Source of the DNA: an uncultured Nitrososphaerota archaeon
GTDB lineage: Archaea; Korarchaeota; Korarchaeia; Korarchaeales; Korarchaeaceae
Direction of reading: 5' to 3'
Assembly: GCA_964480775.1 (NCBI GenBank)
Contig: CAYZRF010000011.1
Span: 1 to 32,000 of the forward strand
DNA: 32,000 nucleotides
The notes below the pieces were generated by a model. It saw only the letters and a program-made list of their open reading frames with translations, did no database searches and had not been told where the DNA came from. The position numbers were made by a program, and so were the translations under genes. Below are positions 1 to 8,439 of the stretch, piece by piece (within the stretch, counting starts at the first letter, position 1; each line of letters starts with the position of its first letter).

Positions 1-1
1 A

Positions 2-796
2 AAGGACAGCTCAGGAAAAACTAGAGCTTCTTGGGCTGGAGATAGCGTGCCAAGCAGTTACACAATACCATCAAGCGGGCCCGATGGTACTTGGATTATA
101 TCTCCAGCCGAGGCTACAGGGGTTGAGGTCAGAGGAGACACCTTTAAAGTGACTGGAAGCGATTCTCCATCACAAGATGAGGACTGGATAAGGCTGAGGA
201 TGGATTCATCAGAGGTTTACGTTGGGCAATCTGTCACTCTAAGTTCAAAATACAGGTATTCTGGATCGGAGACAATCAGAATCAAGTATTTAGCAAAGTT
301 AGGATCCAAACAAGTAGAGCTCTTGGTTAATAATCCACGATATGGGACTTCTAAACGATTTGAGCCATCTTCTCCAGGGGTCTGGACAGTAAAAGCTTAC
401 TTACAGGAAAAGATGTGGAGCCCTACAAAAGGCTACTATTGGTCTTCAATTGCTTCAGATGTCAAAAACCTTACAGTTAAAGCCAAAATGGCAACAAAGC
501 TCGTGTTAGAATTCCCCAAAAAGGTTCATGTTGGGGACACGATAACGATAGCAGTTCGGCTTATATGCAACAATGCTCAGATCCCTGCGAAGATAAGGCT
601 ATTCGTGGATCAAGCAGAACACATCGTGCAATCTGGTCAATCCCTTTCTATACAAGCAAAAAAGACTGGAACGATCGATGTCAGCGCGTGCTATGATGGA
701 GACGAGTCACATGAGTCAAGCAAGAATGGAGGGGGGCTAATAGAGGTCTGGACAAAGCCAACGATAATGGTGGAGGCAATAGGACCCAAGTGCTAA
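2..796 (+). CDS. secreted beta-sandwich (Ig-like) repeat protein, probably 5'-partial at window edge
   Basis: The frame is open from nt 2 with no stop upstream of the GTG at 47, so the gene probably continues upstream. Composition is beta-rich (S/T/G/V). The internal module KLVLEFPKKVHVGDTITIAV and the C-terminal EVWTKPTIMVEA are both echoed in the next ORF. The next gene starts 9 nt downstream. Confidence 0.5.
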   Translation, partial: KDSSGKTRASWAGDSVPSSYTIPSSGPDGTWIISPAEATGVEVRGDTFKVTGSDSPSQDEDWIRLRMDSSEVYVGQSVTLSSKYRYSGSETIRIKYLAKLGSKQVELLVNNPRYGTSKRFEPSSPGVWTVKAYLQEKMWSPTKGYYWSSIASDVKNLTVKAKMATKLVLEFPKKVHVGDTITIAVRLICNNAQIPAKIRLFVDQAEHIVQSGQSLSIQAKKTGTIDVSACYDGDESHESSKNGGGLIEVWTKPTIMVEAIGPKC

Positions 797-805
797 GGTG
801 GTTTC

Positions 806-1498
806 ATGAGCCTTAGGACAAAGGTCTCTACATGCTGCACCCTTTCTCTTTTACTTTCAACGGTTGCAATAGGAGTGTACGCGCAGAACAAGGTTTACAG
901 AGGACAGTTGGTTGATATCACAGGAAAGGTTGTAGATGAACTTGGACAGGGAGTTCCTGGAGCCACGATCCAGCTTAGAGATGGTACAAACGTCCTAGCA
1001 TCTACAACATCTGGATCTGAGGGTAGTTTTACAATAAATTGGAATGTCCCTACATCATATCCTCTTGGTTCGAAGACTCTTACCCTATATGTCCCCGAAC
1101 AGCCTTCAATTTATGTAGAAGAATCATCAACATACATAGAAATAGAGGTTTGGGATGGAACAGTCCTTGAACTCGATTCCCTCCCACAAAGGATACACAG
1201 AGGAGAGTTAATCTCTGTCTCTGGAAGCTTGATGATGCTTGGATCAGGAAATCCAGTTTCAGAAGCAATGGTAGTTATTTTTTGTGGTCAAAATAAAATA
1301 GGCTCCACGGAGACTGGATTAAACGGGCGTTTTTCTCTCTCATTTACGGTGCCCAGCAGCTGGAGAAGAGGACCAATAGCTATAACTGCTGAGTTTTTGG
1401 GATCCCCCGCCACATACTTAGATGGCTCTGAAGACTTAGGAAATACTGCTTTATGGGTAAAACCAACTATAGAAGTCAGGAGCGTGGCCTCCGGTTAG
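806..1498 (+). CDS. secreted protein with carboxypeptidase-regulatory-like / Ig-like beta-sandwich modules
   Basis: ATG is preceded by GGTGG (797-801). There is an N-terminal hydrophobic signal (CCTLSLLLSTVAIGVYAQN). GQLVDITGKVVDELGQGVPGATIQL is typical of CarboxypepD_reg-like domains. The C-terminal LWVKPTIEVRS is paralogous to the ORF1 tail. Confidence 0.6.
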   Translation: MSLRTKVSTCCTLSLLLSTVAIGVYAQNKVYRGQLVDITGKVVDELGQGVPGATIQLRDGTNVLASTTSGSEGSFTINWNVPTSYPLGSKTLTLYVPEQPSIYVEESSTYIEIEVWDGTVLELDSLPQRIHRGELISVSGSLMMLGSGNPVSEAMVVIFCGQNKIGSTETGLNGRFSLSFTVPSSWRRGPIAITAEFLGSPATYLDGSEDLGNTALWVKPTIEVRSVASG

Positions 1499-1519
1499 GG
1501 CTGTTTGTCTCAAGGAAGG

Positions 1520-2770
1520 ATGAAATTGAAGAAAGCAGCCATCCTTTTATTCTTATCCTTTCTTCTCCCCATCTTTTTCACACCAATCGTAGCACAGCCA
1601 GCTTACGTTGTTGGGCAATCAATCCTTCTTTATGCAACTATGCTGGATGACTTGGGTAACTCTATTTCTGGAGTAGTTTTACAGTTTGAAGACCTGACAG
1701 ATGGTGTTTACATAGGATCTGACGAAACGGATGCAAGGGGCACAGCATGCGTAATGTGGGACACCTCTTCAGCCTCGCCTGGCTTACATACCATCCACGT
1801 TTGGAACGCTGAGAACAAAGATCTTTATGTGGAGGAGAGTCACGCTTACATTCAGCTTAAGATATTAGCTCCAGCAACGATTTCGTACTATATTCAGGCC
1901 CCCAGCGTAGTAAAGCCTATGGAGAAGTTCGTAGTGGTAGTTACGATAAGTAATTTAGGAGAAGCCAACGTTGAAGACGTAGTTGTCACTTTAGGCAATC
2001 AAGATCACAAACTTGGAACGATAAAAGGAGGAGAGAGTACTGAGACGAGCTTCACATTCATAGCCCCAGAACATAGTGGAAACCACACAATTCAAGGTTC
2101 CGTATGTGGAAAGGAAGAAAGTACAGGAAAATTCGTACAGGAGAACTTTCAAGTTACATATAGAGTCAAAATGGAGGGCTTCGGAATCTCGATAAGCGCA
2201 CCTTCTACTGTAGAAGAGAATGAGCAATTCGACTTCTCAATTACGCTAAACAATCTTGGAGAGGATGACTTGAAGATTGACGTTCAAGTTGTCTTAAGCG
2301 GAGCAGAGCCAACAAACTTCTCCAAAACCCTCAAAGTTCCCTCTAAGAGGTCAAAAAGAATTGATCTTTCAGCCATTGCTGGAACTGATGATGTAATAAC
2401 CATTACAGCTAAAGCAACCTCTGCTGGTCTTCGAGAGTCAGATCGAGTCAGTATAAAGGTATTACATATGTCTAAACGCCAAAGTTCTCCTTCAGCCTTA
2501 AGACCTACTCTAACGCCTTCACAAACAAAAAACCCCTCTTTACCCCCCGTTACAACCCAAATACCTTCATGGTCTCCAAATCCATCGGAAGAGCCGCTTT
2601 CTTCAGCACCTCAAGCAACCCCGCCTTTAGAAGAAACAATATCCGAACGAACTGAGTCAAAACCTGAACCAACTGAAAAGCCAGCCTCTTTCATCGTAAT
2701 GCTTGCAGTAGCCAGCGTGTTGGTAATGTTCTCCTTTGTAAGGAAGATTTGGAGAGTAGAAGAGCCTTAA
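1520..2770 (+). CDS. CARDB-domain cell-surface protein with S/T/P-rich stalk and C-terminal membrane anchor
   Basis: The ORF track starts at TTG 1505, but ATG 1520 after GGAAGG gives a classic signal peptide (MKLKKAAILLFLSFLLPIFFTPIVAQP). There are two CARDB-like modules (VVVVTISNLGEANVEDVVVTL; DFSITLNNLGEDDLKIDVQVVL). An S/P/T-rich linker spans about 2468-2680, followed by the TM helix FIVMLAVASVLVMFSFV and a basic tail. Confidence 0.7.
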   Translation: MKLKKAAILLFLSFLLPIFFTPIVAQPAYVVGQSILLYATMLDDLGNSISGVVLQFEDLTDGVYIGSDETDARGTACVMWDTSSASPGLHTIHVWNAENKDLYVEESHAYIQLKILAPATISYYIQAPSVVKPMEKFVVVVTISNLGEANVEDVVVTLGNQDHKLGTIKGGESTETSFTFIAPEHSGNHTIQGSVCGKEESTGKFVQENFQVTYRVKMEGFGISISAPSTVEENEQFDFSITLNNLGEDDLKIDVQVVLSGAEPTNFSKTLKVPSKRSKRIDLSAIAGTDDVITITAKATSAGLRESDRVSIKVLHMSKRQSSPSALRPTLTPSQTKNPSLPPVTTQIPSWSPNPSEEPLSSAPQATPPLEETISERTESKPEPTEKPASFIVMLAVASVLVMFSFVRKIWRVEEP

Positions 2771-2840
2771 ATAGATCCTGTTACAGCTATGAATTCAATC
2801 AAATTTTTAAGTCTCCTCCAAAAGGAGAGAGGCGATTCCC

Positions 2841-3050
2841 ATGACTGAAAAGGTAACTATTGAAATACCAAAGGAGCTTTATGATAGGATAAAGAAGGAA
2901 TATGTCGATAACGGGGAGTTCAAAAGCGTAGGAGAATTCGTTAAGTTTGTGCTAAAAGAGGTGCTATCCGAAGAAGAGGGTGAAAGCGTTTACACTCCAG
3001 AGGAAGAAGAGGAGATAAAGAAGAGATTGCGTTCACTAGGTTATCTCTAG
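2841..3050 (+). CDS. ribbon-helix-helix (CopG/Arc-MetJ-like) small DNA-binding protein
   Basis: RHH pattern: N-terminal beta-strand VTIEIPKELYDRI, then a helix-turn-helix segment FKSVGEFVKFVLKEVL, an acidic linker and a C-terminal RLRSLGYL. It is a paralog of the ORF at 8440-8667. Confidence 0.65.
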   Translation: MTEKVTIEIPKELYDRIKKEYVDNGEFKSVGEFVKFVLKEVLSEEEGESVYTPEEEEEIKKRLRSLGYL

Positions 3051-3195
3051 CAAACTACTTATTTCTCCTATATTTCCTAGTGAAAATCTTTCTAAGAAGA
3101 TCCTATGTTTTCATTTAAGTCATTCCAATACCTAAATCTTTATTGAGTTCTTTATAACATGTAAAACACGAGACCTCAAATCTCGCTCAAACAAT

Positions 3196-4626
3196 ATGCT
3201 ATCAAACGAGGTGATGCTTACGAGGAAAATCTCTTTAATTCTGGCAGGAGGATGTGGAACGCGTCTCTGGCCTTTAAGCAGGGAGCTCTATCCAAAACAA
3301 TTTGCAAAAACATTGGATGAAAACTCGACCTTTCAAAATGCGCTTCTCAGAGCTGTTACAACATCCGAAAACTTGTCAAATGTGTATGTTGTGACTAACA
3401 AAGACTATATCTTCCATGTTTTAGGACAGGCAGAAGAGATTGGCTTCAAATTAAGTGAGGAAAACGTGTTAACTGAACCTCTAAAAAGAAATACGGCTCC
3501 AGCCATCTATTATGGCGTTAAATATGCAGTACCTGAAGGCGAAGATGCCCTTGTATCAGTTTTACCAGCAGATCATGTGGTTCCAACCCTGTGCAGATAT
3601 GAAAAGATGATGGAGGCTGGGCTAGAAGTAGCAGAGAAGGGATATCTGGTTACTTTTGGAATAAAACCCAACAGACCTGAAACGGGATATGGATACATTA
3701 AAGCTGGAGAAAGAGTATATGACTCAGCCTATGTAGTAGAACGATTCGTAGAAAAACCCGATCTGAGAAAAGCTAAACAATTCTTAAAGGAGGGTGGTTA
3801 TTACTGGAATAGCGGAATGTTTGCGTTTAAAGCAAGTGTCTTTAAGGAGGAAGTCAAAAAACATCTACCAGAGGTCTATGAAGCCTTCACAAGGGACGAC
3901 TGGAAGGAACATCTAGAGGAGATATACGAAAGGCTGCCTGAGATCTCAGTAGATTACGGGGTCATGGAGAGATCAGATAGGGTTGCGGTAGTTCCTGCAG
4001 ACATAGAATGGAGTGATATAGGAAGTTTTGATTCATTGTACGATATTTTGGAGAAGGATTCCGAAGGAAATGCCGTTATGGGGCGGTGCTATTTACTGGA
4101 TTCTCGAGGAAACTTAGTCATAGGAGAGAGACTTGTAGCTCTAATTGGAATACAAAATCTGATGGTTTTGGATACTGGAGATGCTCTTCTGGTATGTCCG
4201 AGAGGGAGGGGCCAAGATGTTAAGGTGCTCTTCAAGAAATTGAAAGAAAACGGAGATAGTGAGGCTATAGTTCATAGAACAGTCTATAGACCGTGGGGAT
4301 CCTACACGGTTCTCGAAGAGGGCCCTGGCTACAAAGTTAAGAGGCTAACTGTATTACCTCACAAAAGGCTAAGCCTTCAGATGCATTATCACAGAAGTGA
4401 GCACTGGGTGGTCATAAGAGGTATGGCAAAGGTTACAAAAGGGGACAAAACTTTCTTCTTAAGACCTCAGGAAAGCACTTTTGTACCGCCCGGAGTCATT
4501 CATAGGCTCGAAAATCCAGGAAGAATACCTTTAGAGGTAATAGAAGTTCAAAACGGAGAGTACATAAGAGAAGACGATATTGTAAGGATACAGGATGACT
4601 TCAAAAGAGATGAAAAGGGCTTATGA
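3196..4626 (+). CDS. manC: bifunctional mannose-1-phosphate guanylyltransferase / mannose-6-phosphate isomerase (type II PMI, cupin C-terminus)
   Basis: N-terminal nucleotidyltransferase motif LILAGGCGTRLWPLSRELYPKQF. C-terminal cupin signature HRSEHWVVIRG...FVPPGVIHRLENPG...EVQNGEYIREDDIVRIQDDF. An alternative start ATG lies at 3214. Confidence 0.9.
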   Translation: MLSNEVMLTRKISLILAGGCGTRLWPLSRELYPKQFAKTLDENSTFQNALLRAVTTSENLSNVYVVTNKDYIFHVLGQAEEIGFKLSEENVLTEPLKRNTAPAIYYGVKYAVPEGEDALVSVLPADHVVPTLCRYEKMMEAGLEVAEKGYLVTFGIKPNRPETGYGYIKAGERVYDSAYVVERFVEKPDLRKAKQFLKEGGYYWNSGMFAFKASVFKEEVKKHLPEVYEAFTRDDWKEHLEEIYERLPEISVDYGVMERSDRVAVVPADIEWSDIGSFDSLYDILEKDSEGNAVMGRCYLLDSRGNLVIGERLVALIGIQNLMVLDTGDALLVCPRGRGQDVKVLFKKLKENGDSEAIVHRTVYRPWGSYTVLEEGPGYKVKRLTVLPHKRLSLQMHYHRSEHWVVIRGMAKVTKGDKTFFLRPQESTFVPPGVIHRLENPGRIPLEVIEVQNGEYIREDDIVRIQDDFKRDEKGL

Positions 4627-4781
4627 CACAGAAAAATTGGGCTAAACGGCTGAGAGCTATCGAGATTGGTTCACTTTAATTCTTTCCCGATAAAACGTTA
4701 CCAAATAAAGTAGTTAGTTTTAAGATACTTAACTGATTGATCAAATTTTTAATATTACACGCTATGCGAATAGAGATCTAA

Positions 4782-5054
4782 ATGAACAAGGATCAGGCAA
4801 TTGGTGGCGTAATTCTTGTTGTTTCCATAGTGGTCTGTGTGCTCTATGTCTATGCTATGTTTCTATCCAGCCCGGAAATAGCCATGCTGGTGCTAAAACT
4901 GACTGGCACGGTGGCTGTACTAGGTGTATTTGGTATCTTAGGTTGGATAGGCTATACTTTAGCAACGACCCCGCCCCCACCTCCAATAGAGGAGTTGGAA
5001 AAAGAGATTGAGAAGGAGTTAGAAGAAATAAAGGAAGAAGAAGAAAAAGCATAG
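4782..5054 (+). CDS. small two-TM membrane protein with poly-Pro hinge and acidic C-terminal tail
   Basis: Two hydrophobic helices (GGVILVVSIVVCVLYVYAMF; VAVLGVFGILGWIGYTLA), then TPPPPP and EELEKEIEKELEEIKEEEEKA. I recognise no family. Confidence 0.45.
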   Translation: MNKDQAIGGVILVVSIVVCVLYVYAMFLSSPEIAMLVLKLTGTVAVLGVFGILGWIGYTLATTPPPPPIEELEKEIEKELEEIKEEEEKA

Positions 5055-5075
5055 TAGCTTTAATGTGATGATTTC

Positions 5076-5346
5076 ATGAAGAAGGTGGCTATCACAGGAG
5101 GAGCTGGTTTCATAGGATATTGGACCGCAAAGCGTCTCGTAGGGGAGGGCTTCGAGGTAAAAATCTTAGATAACCTTCATACTGCCAGTATGATAGAGAA
5201 AGTAAGAGAGCTCGGTCTCCAAGTTATGAAGGTCGATGTTAGGAATTTAGATGCCTTGGAAAAGACATTACAAGGTTCAAACTGTGTTATACACCTGGCT
5301 GCTCTATTGGGTGTCGAAGAATCTCTGAAAAAAATCCTAAGCTCTA
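5076..5346 (+). pseudogene. 5' remnant of an NAD-dependent sugar epimerase/dehydratase (SDR) gene
   Basis: Rossmann start MKKVAITGGAGFIGYW...ILDNL...VIHLAALLGVEES matches only the first ~88 aa of ~310-aa epimerases. The rest of the 137-aa ORF (5347-5489) is antisense to the cysC 3' end and shows no SDR motifs (no YxxxK). Confidence 0.6.
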
Positions 5347-5883
5347 TCAGCTCTTTAGATAACCTAGCTCAACTAACTTGTTTAATATTCTCTTTGCACA
5401 CTCTTCAGGGCTATTTTTCTCGCTGTCGACTACGATCTCAGGGTTTTGAGGTTCCTCGTATACGTCCTGAATACCGGTCATATCCTTGATCTCCCCAGAA
5501 AGGGCTTTTTTGTAGAGACCTTTTGGATCCCTCTCTATGCATGTCTTTAGGGAACACTTAACGTATACCTCCACGAAATCACCAATTAGCTTGCGAGCAA
5601 ACTCCCTAGTTGATCGGTATGGAGATACAAAAGAAGCTATTACAACAACACCGTTCTTGGCTAGAAGATGGCTGACGTACGCTACTCTCTTGAGGTGGCG
5701 TTCTCTGTCCTCTTGACTGAATCCGGCCTCTGGACTAAGCCACTTTCGCACCTCATCCCCATCCAAGACCTCAACCTTAAGACCTCGCATCCTAAGCTCT
5801 CTTTCAAGCTCTCTTGCCACCGTAGTCTTTCCTGAAGCAGGAAGTCCAGTTAACCAAACCACAAAACCCTTCTCCTCAGGCAT
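5347..5883 (-). CDS. cysC: adenylylsulfate (APS) kinase
   Basis: GFVVWLTGLPASGKTT P-loop, FSQEDRERHLKRV and VIASFVSPY are APS-kinase hallmarks. The ORF track starts at TTG 5886. The ATG at 5883 overlaps the upstream stop as TGATG, which suggests translational coupling. Confidence 0.9.
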   Translation of the reverse strand: MPEEKGFVVWLTGLPASGKTTVARELERELRMRGLKVEVLDGDEVRKWLSPEAGFSQEDRERHLKRVAYVSHLLAKNGVVVIASFVSPYRSTREFARKLIGDFVEVYVKCSLKTCIERDPKGLYKKALSGEIKDMTGIQDVYEEPQNPEIVVDSEKNSPEECAKRILNKLVELGYLKS

Positions 5884-7277
5884 CAAAGCACCTCCGCTAA
5901 AGCCCTGCCTCTCATGTTCTCTGCTGGCTTAATCCCCATCAAGGCTAAGATTGTTGGAGCTATGTCGTAGATGGAAGCCTCAGCCTTTTCCGATTGAAAT
6001 CTTTCCTCGGGATCATAAATCAGGTATATGCCGTTCCAGTCGTGTACTGCATCATCGGGACCAGTGTCATTTTCTGGCAAGTACCAAGTACCGTGGCCAA
6101 CGGTGCCTGCGGACCTCCAGTTTAAGTCGTCGAAATAAACGATCATGTCTGGGGCATCTCCTCTAACCACTGGATAAAGATCAGTAGGTCTGAAAGTCAT
6201 GGTCTTCATTCTTCTTCCTTCAGGGTCCTTTACAGACTTCAGATCGTCTGCCAACTGCTCCAAAGTGGCTTCAAAGTCATCCTTACTAATCCTTCCCATG
6301 GGCTCTCTTCCTTTGAGATTGATGAAGATCCTCGCGTAGTAGCCTCCCCAACCCCAAGCTATCGTCTTTTCCCAGTTTATCCTTACCTTCTTAAGTTCGA
6401 TCTGCTGTTTAGGTCTATCCTCAAAGGAAAGATATCCGTTGTCAGCCAGCCATTCGTTAACAGCAAAAGCCCCTGTCATTGCCTTAGCTCCGTGATCCGA
6501 AACCACAAACACGGAAGCATTGCCAGCAGCCCTAACAAGTCTTCCAATCCCTTCGTCAAGTAGCCTGTAATAACGCTCAGCTACGTCCTCGAACTCGCTG
6601 TTTGGAACGTGTCTTGGATGGTTGGGATCGAAGAACTTCCAAAAAGCGTGGTGAAGCCTATCAAGACCTATCTCTACGTACCAGAAAAGGTCCCAAGCCT
6701 TTACCTTCACCAGATGTTCTGCAACCCTTAGGTGCTGCCTTGTCATTTCGAAAAGCCTTTTCACAAGGGGTCCCCTTTCTTCAATCCTAAACTCGACATC
6801 ATGGGTAAAAGACCCCTCTATTATCCTCTCAATCTCAAGACGAAGCCAAGGAGGATATGTGTAGCTCTTTGCGGTGCTTGGTGTGTGAAAGTCGCTTATC
6901 ATCCAACCGCTTATCTTTCTAGGGGGATATGATGGAGGAAAGGCTATGAGGAGGGACTTCTTCCCACCCTTAGCTATTATATCCCAGACAGCTGGCTCTT
7001 TAAGCTCTCTCGACGTAACTAAGTAGAACTCCCTATACTCTCCTGGCTTTCTATGCCTGAACCCGTACATCCCTAACTCTCCTGGTGTCTTGCTCGTGGC
7101 CATAACAGCCCATGCTGGAACAGTAATTGGTGGATGACAGCTCCTAAGAGAACCGTACTTAGCCCCCTCCATGAGCCTAGAAAGGTTTGGCATCTCCGAT
7201 AGGAATCTTTCGAAGGCAAGGGACGGGGGAGCTGAGTCTAAACCTATTACCATTACTCTATTCCTACCTTTTCCCAT
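5883..7277 (-). CDS. alkaline-phosphatase-superfamily enzyme, type I phosphodiesterase/nucleotide pyrophosphatase (NPP, PF01663-like)
   Basis: Metal and nucleophile motifs: VMVIGLDS (Asp), PPITVPAW...TSKTPGELG (Thr nucleophile region), VFVVSDHGA (Asp-His), DDAVHDWNGI (His). There is no sulfatase C/S-x-P-x-R motif (CHPPI). It sits between sat and cysC with a 4-nt gap and a 1-nt overlap. Confidence 0.7.
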   Translation of the reverse strand: MGKGRNRVMVIGLDSAPPSLAFERFLSEMPNLSRLMEGAKYGSLRSCHPPITVPAWAVMATSKTPGELGMYGFRHRKPGEYREFYLVTSRELKEPAVWDIIAKGGKKSLLIAFPPSYPPRKISGWMISDFHTPSTAKSYTYPPWLRLEIERIIEGSFTHDVEFRIEERGPLVKRLFEMTRQHLRVAEHLVKVKAWDLFWYVEIGLDRLHHAFWKFFDPNHPRHVPNSEFEDVAERYYRLLDEGIGRLVRAAGNASVFVVSDHGAKAMTGAFAVNEWLADNGYLSFEDRPKQQIELKKVRINWEKTIAWGWGGYYARIFINLKGREPMGRISKDDFEATLEQLADDLKSVKDPEGRRMKTMTFRPTDLYPVVRGDAPDMIVYFDDLNWRSAGTVGHGTWYLPENDTGPDDAVHDWNGIYLIYDPEERFQSEKAEASIYDIAPTILALMGIKPAENMRGRALAEVL

Positions 7278-7281
7278 CAGA

Positions 7282-8430
7282 TCACCTTACAAAAGGATCT
7301 TCGAAGCTTAAGATCACTTCAGCAATCTCTGGCCTCATCACCTCGGGAGGAGGCTTTTTCCTCTGCATAATAAGCTCCCTTATTTTGGTTCCGCTGAACC
7401 TTATCCTATCCGATTCTGAGTGAGGACACGTCTTCTCGTTAACTAAGCCCTCGCACTTATGGCAGTAGAAGAACTCTCTGAAGAAAAGAGGAGATATTCC
7501 AAGATCAGGGAACTCCTTAAAGATCTCTTGGGCTGCATATGGCGGGTAAAAGTTGCCAACCCCTGCGTGATCCCTTCCAACGATAAAGTGGGTGCATCCA
7601 AAGTTCTTCCTCATTATGGCGTGGTGAATTGCTTCTCTAGGCCCTGCATAACGCATCTCATAACGAAGAATCGCAAGGACAGCAGTATCCCTTGGATAGT
7701 AGTTTTCTATGAGCACGCGGTAGGCTTCCAATATTACATCATCCCTGAAATCTCCTGGTTTTTTCTTACCTATTACTGGATTGACGAAGAGGCCATCAAC
7801 AAGCGCTAGAGCTGTCTTTTGAATGGCTTCATGCCCTCTATGCGGCGCATTTCTTGTTTGAAAGCCAACAACAGTCTTCCAGCCTTTTTCCTTGAAGAGA
7901 ACCCTGGTCTCCTTCGGCCAGAGGGTATACCTCTCGTGCGGGTTCGGAGCAGAGTTTAACAGAGTTATTCTCCCCCCCAAGAGCATGTCTTTCATCTCCT
8001 CGATCTTCCTAACGCCCGGATGTCTTTTGTCCTCAGTACCAAACACTGCTTTGGCAAACTTCTTCTTATCATATTGGTAAATCTCCTCAGCTTCAATTGT
8101 GGCAATTGGAACTTCATGGAGCTTAAGCAGCACCTCTTCACCCTCTACTATGTTCCTTGTCTCCTCTTTCTTAATGTCAAGTAGTATCGGCATGGTCCAG
8201 GGCACATCATTACTTAGCCTCATCTCCTTCAAACAGCTCTCCAGATCTTCTCTAAGCATGAACCCTTCTAAAGGGCTGTACACTCCCTTTGCAATGTTTT
8301 CTACTTCTACAGCCTTCTCTAGGTTTATCGCTATACTTTGAAACTCCGATGCTTCAGCAAATATTCTATCCCTCTTTGCTTCGCTTGCAACTCTGCTCAC
8401 GAGTCTGCCTCCATGAGGTCGGGAAACCAT
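7282..8430 (-). CDS. sat: sulfate adenylyltransferase (ATP sulfurylase)
   Basis: N-terminal RPHGGRL, the active-site motif GFQTRNAPHRGHE, and VGRDHAGVG. Confidence 0.9.
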   Translation of the reverse strand: MVSRPHGGRLVSRVASEAKRDRIFAEASEFQSIAINLEKAVEVENIAKGVYSPLEGFMLREDLESCLKEMRLSNDVPWTMPILLDIKKEETRNIVEGEEVLLKLHEVPIATIEAEEIYQYDKKKFAKAVFGTEDKRHPGVRKIEEMKDMLLGGRITLLNSAPNPHERYTLWPKETRVLFKEKGWKTVVGFQTRNAPHRGHEAIQKTALALVDGLFVNPVIGKKKPGDFRDDVILEAYRVLIENYYPRDTAVLAILRYEMRYAGPREAIHHAIMRKNFGCTHFIVGRDHAGVGNFYPPYAAQEIFKEFPDLGISPLFFREFFYCHKCEGLVNEKTCPHSESDRIRFSGTKIRELIMQRKKPPPEVMRPEIAEVILSFEDPFVR

Positions 8431-8439
8431 AAAACCACC

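Noticed and set aside
2468-2681. S/P/T-rich low-complexity stretch (and TPTPTP at about 29555-29615)
   Set aside because: These are typical extended stalk linkers of archaeal surface proteins and likely glycosylated. They are not repeat elements or frameshift artefacts.
5347-5400. CysC ends in KLVELGYLKS, resembling the RLRSLGYL tail of the two RHH proteins
   Set aside because: APS kinases commonly end in an amphipathic helix of this kind and the match is only 4-5 residues, so I judge it likely coincidental rather than a shared module.
5347-5489. C-terminal 49 codons of the 137-aa epimerase-like ORF, as if part of a real full-length gene
   Set aside because: This segment is simply the reverse complement of the cysC 3' coding region and has no SDR similarity. 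Only 5076 to about 5340 is treated as a gene remnant.
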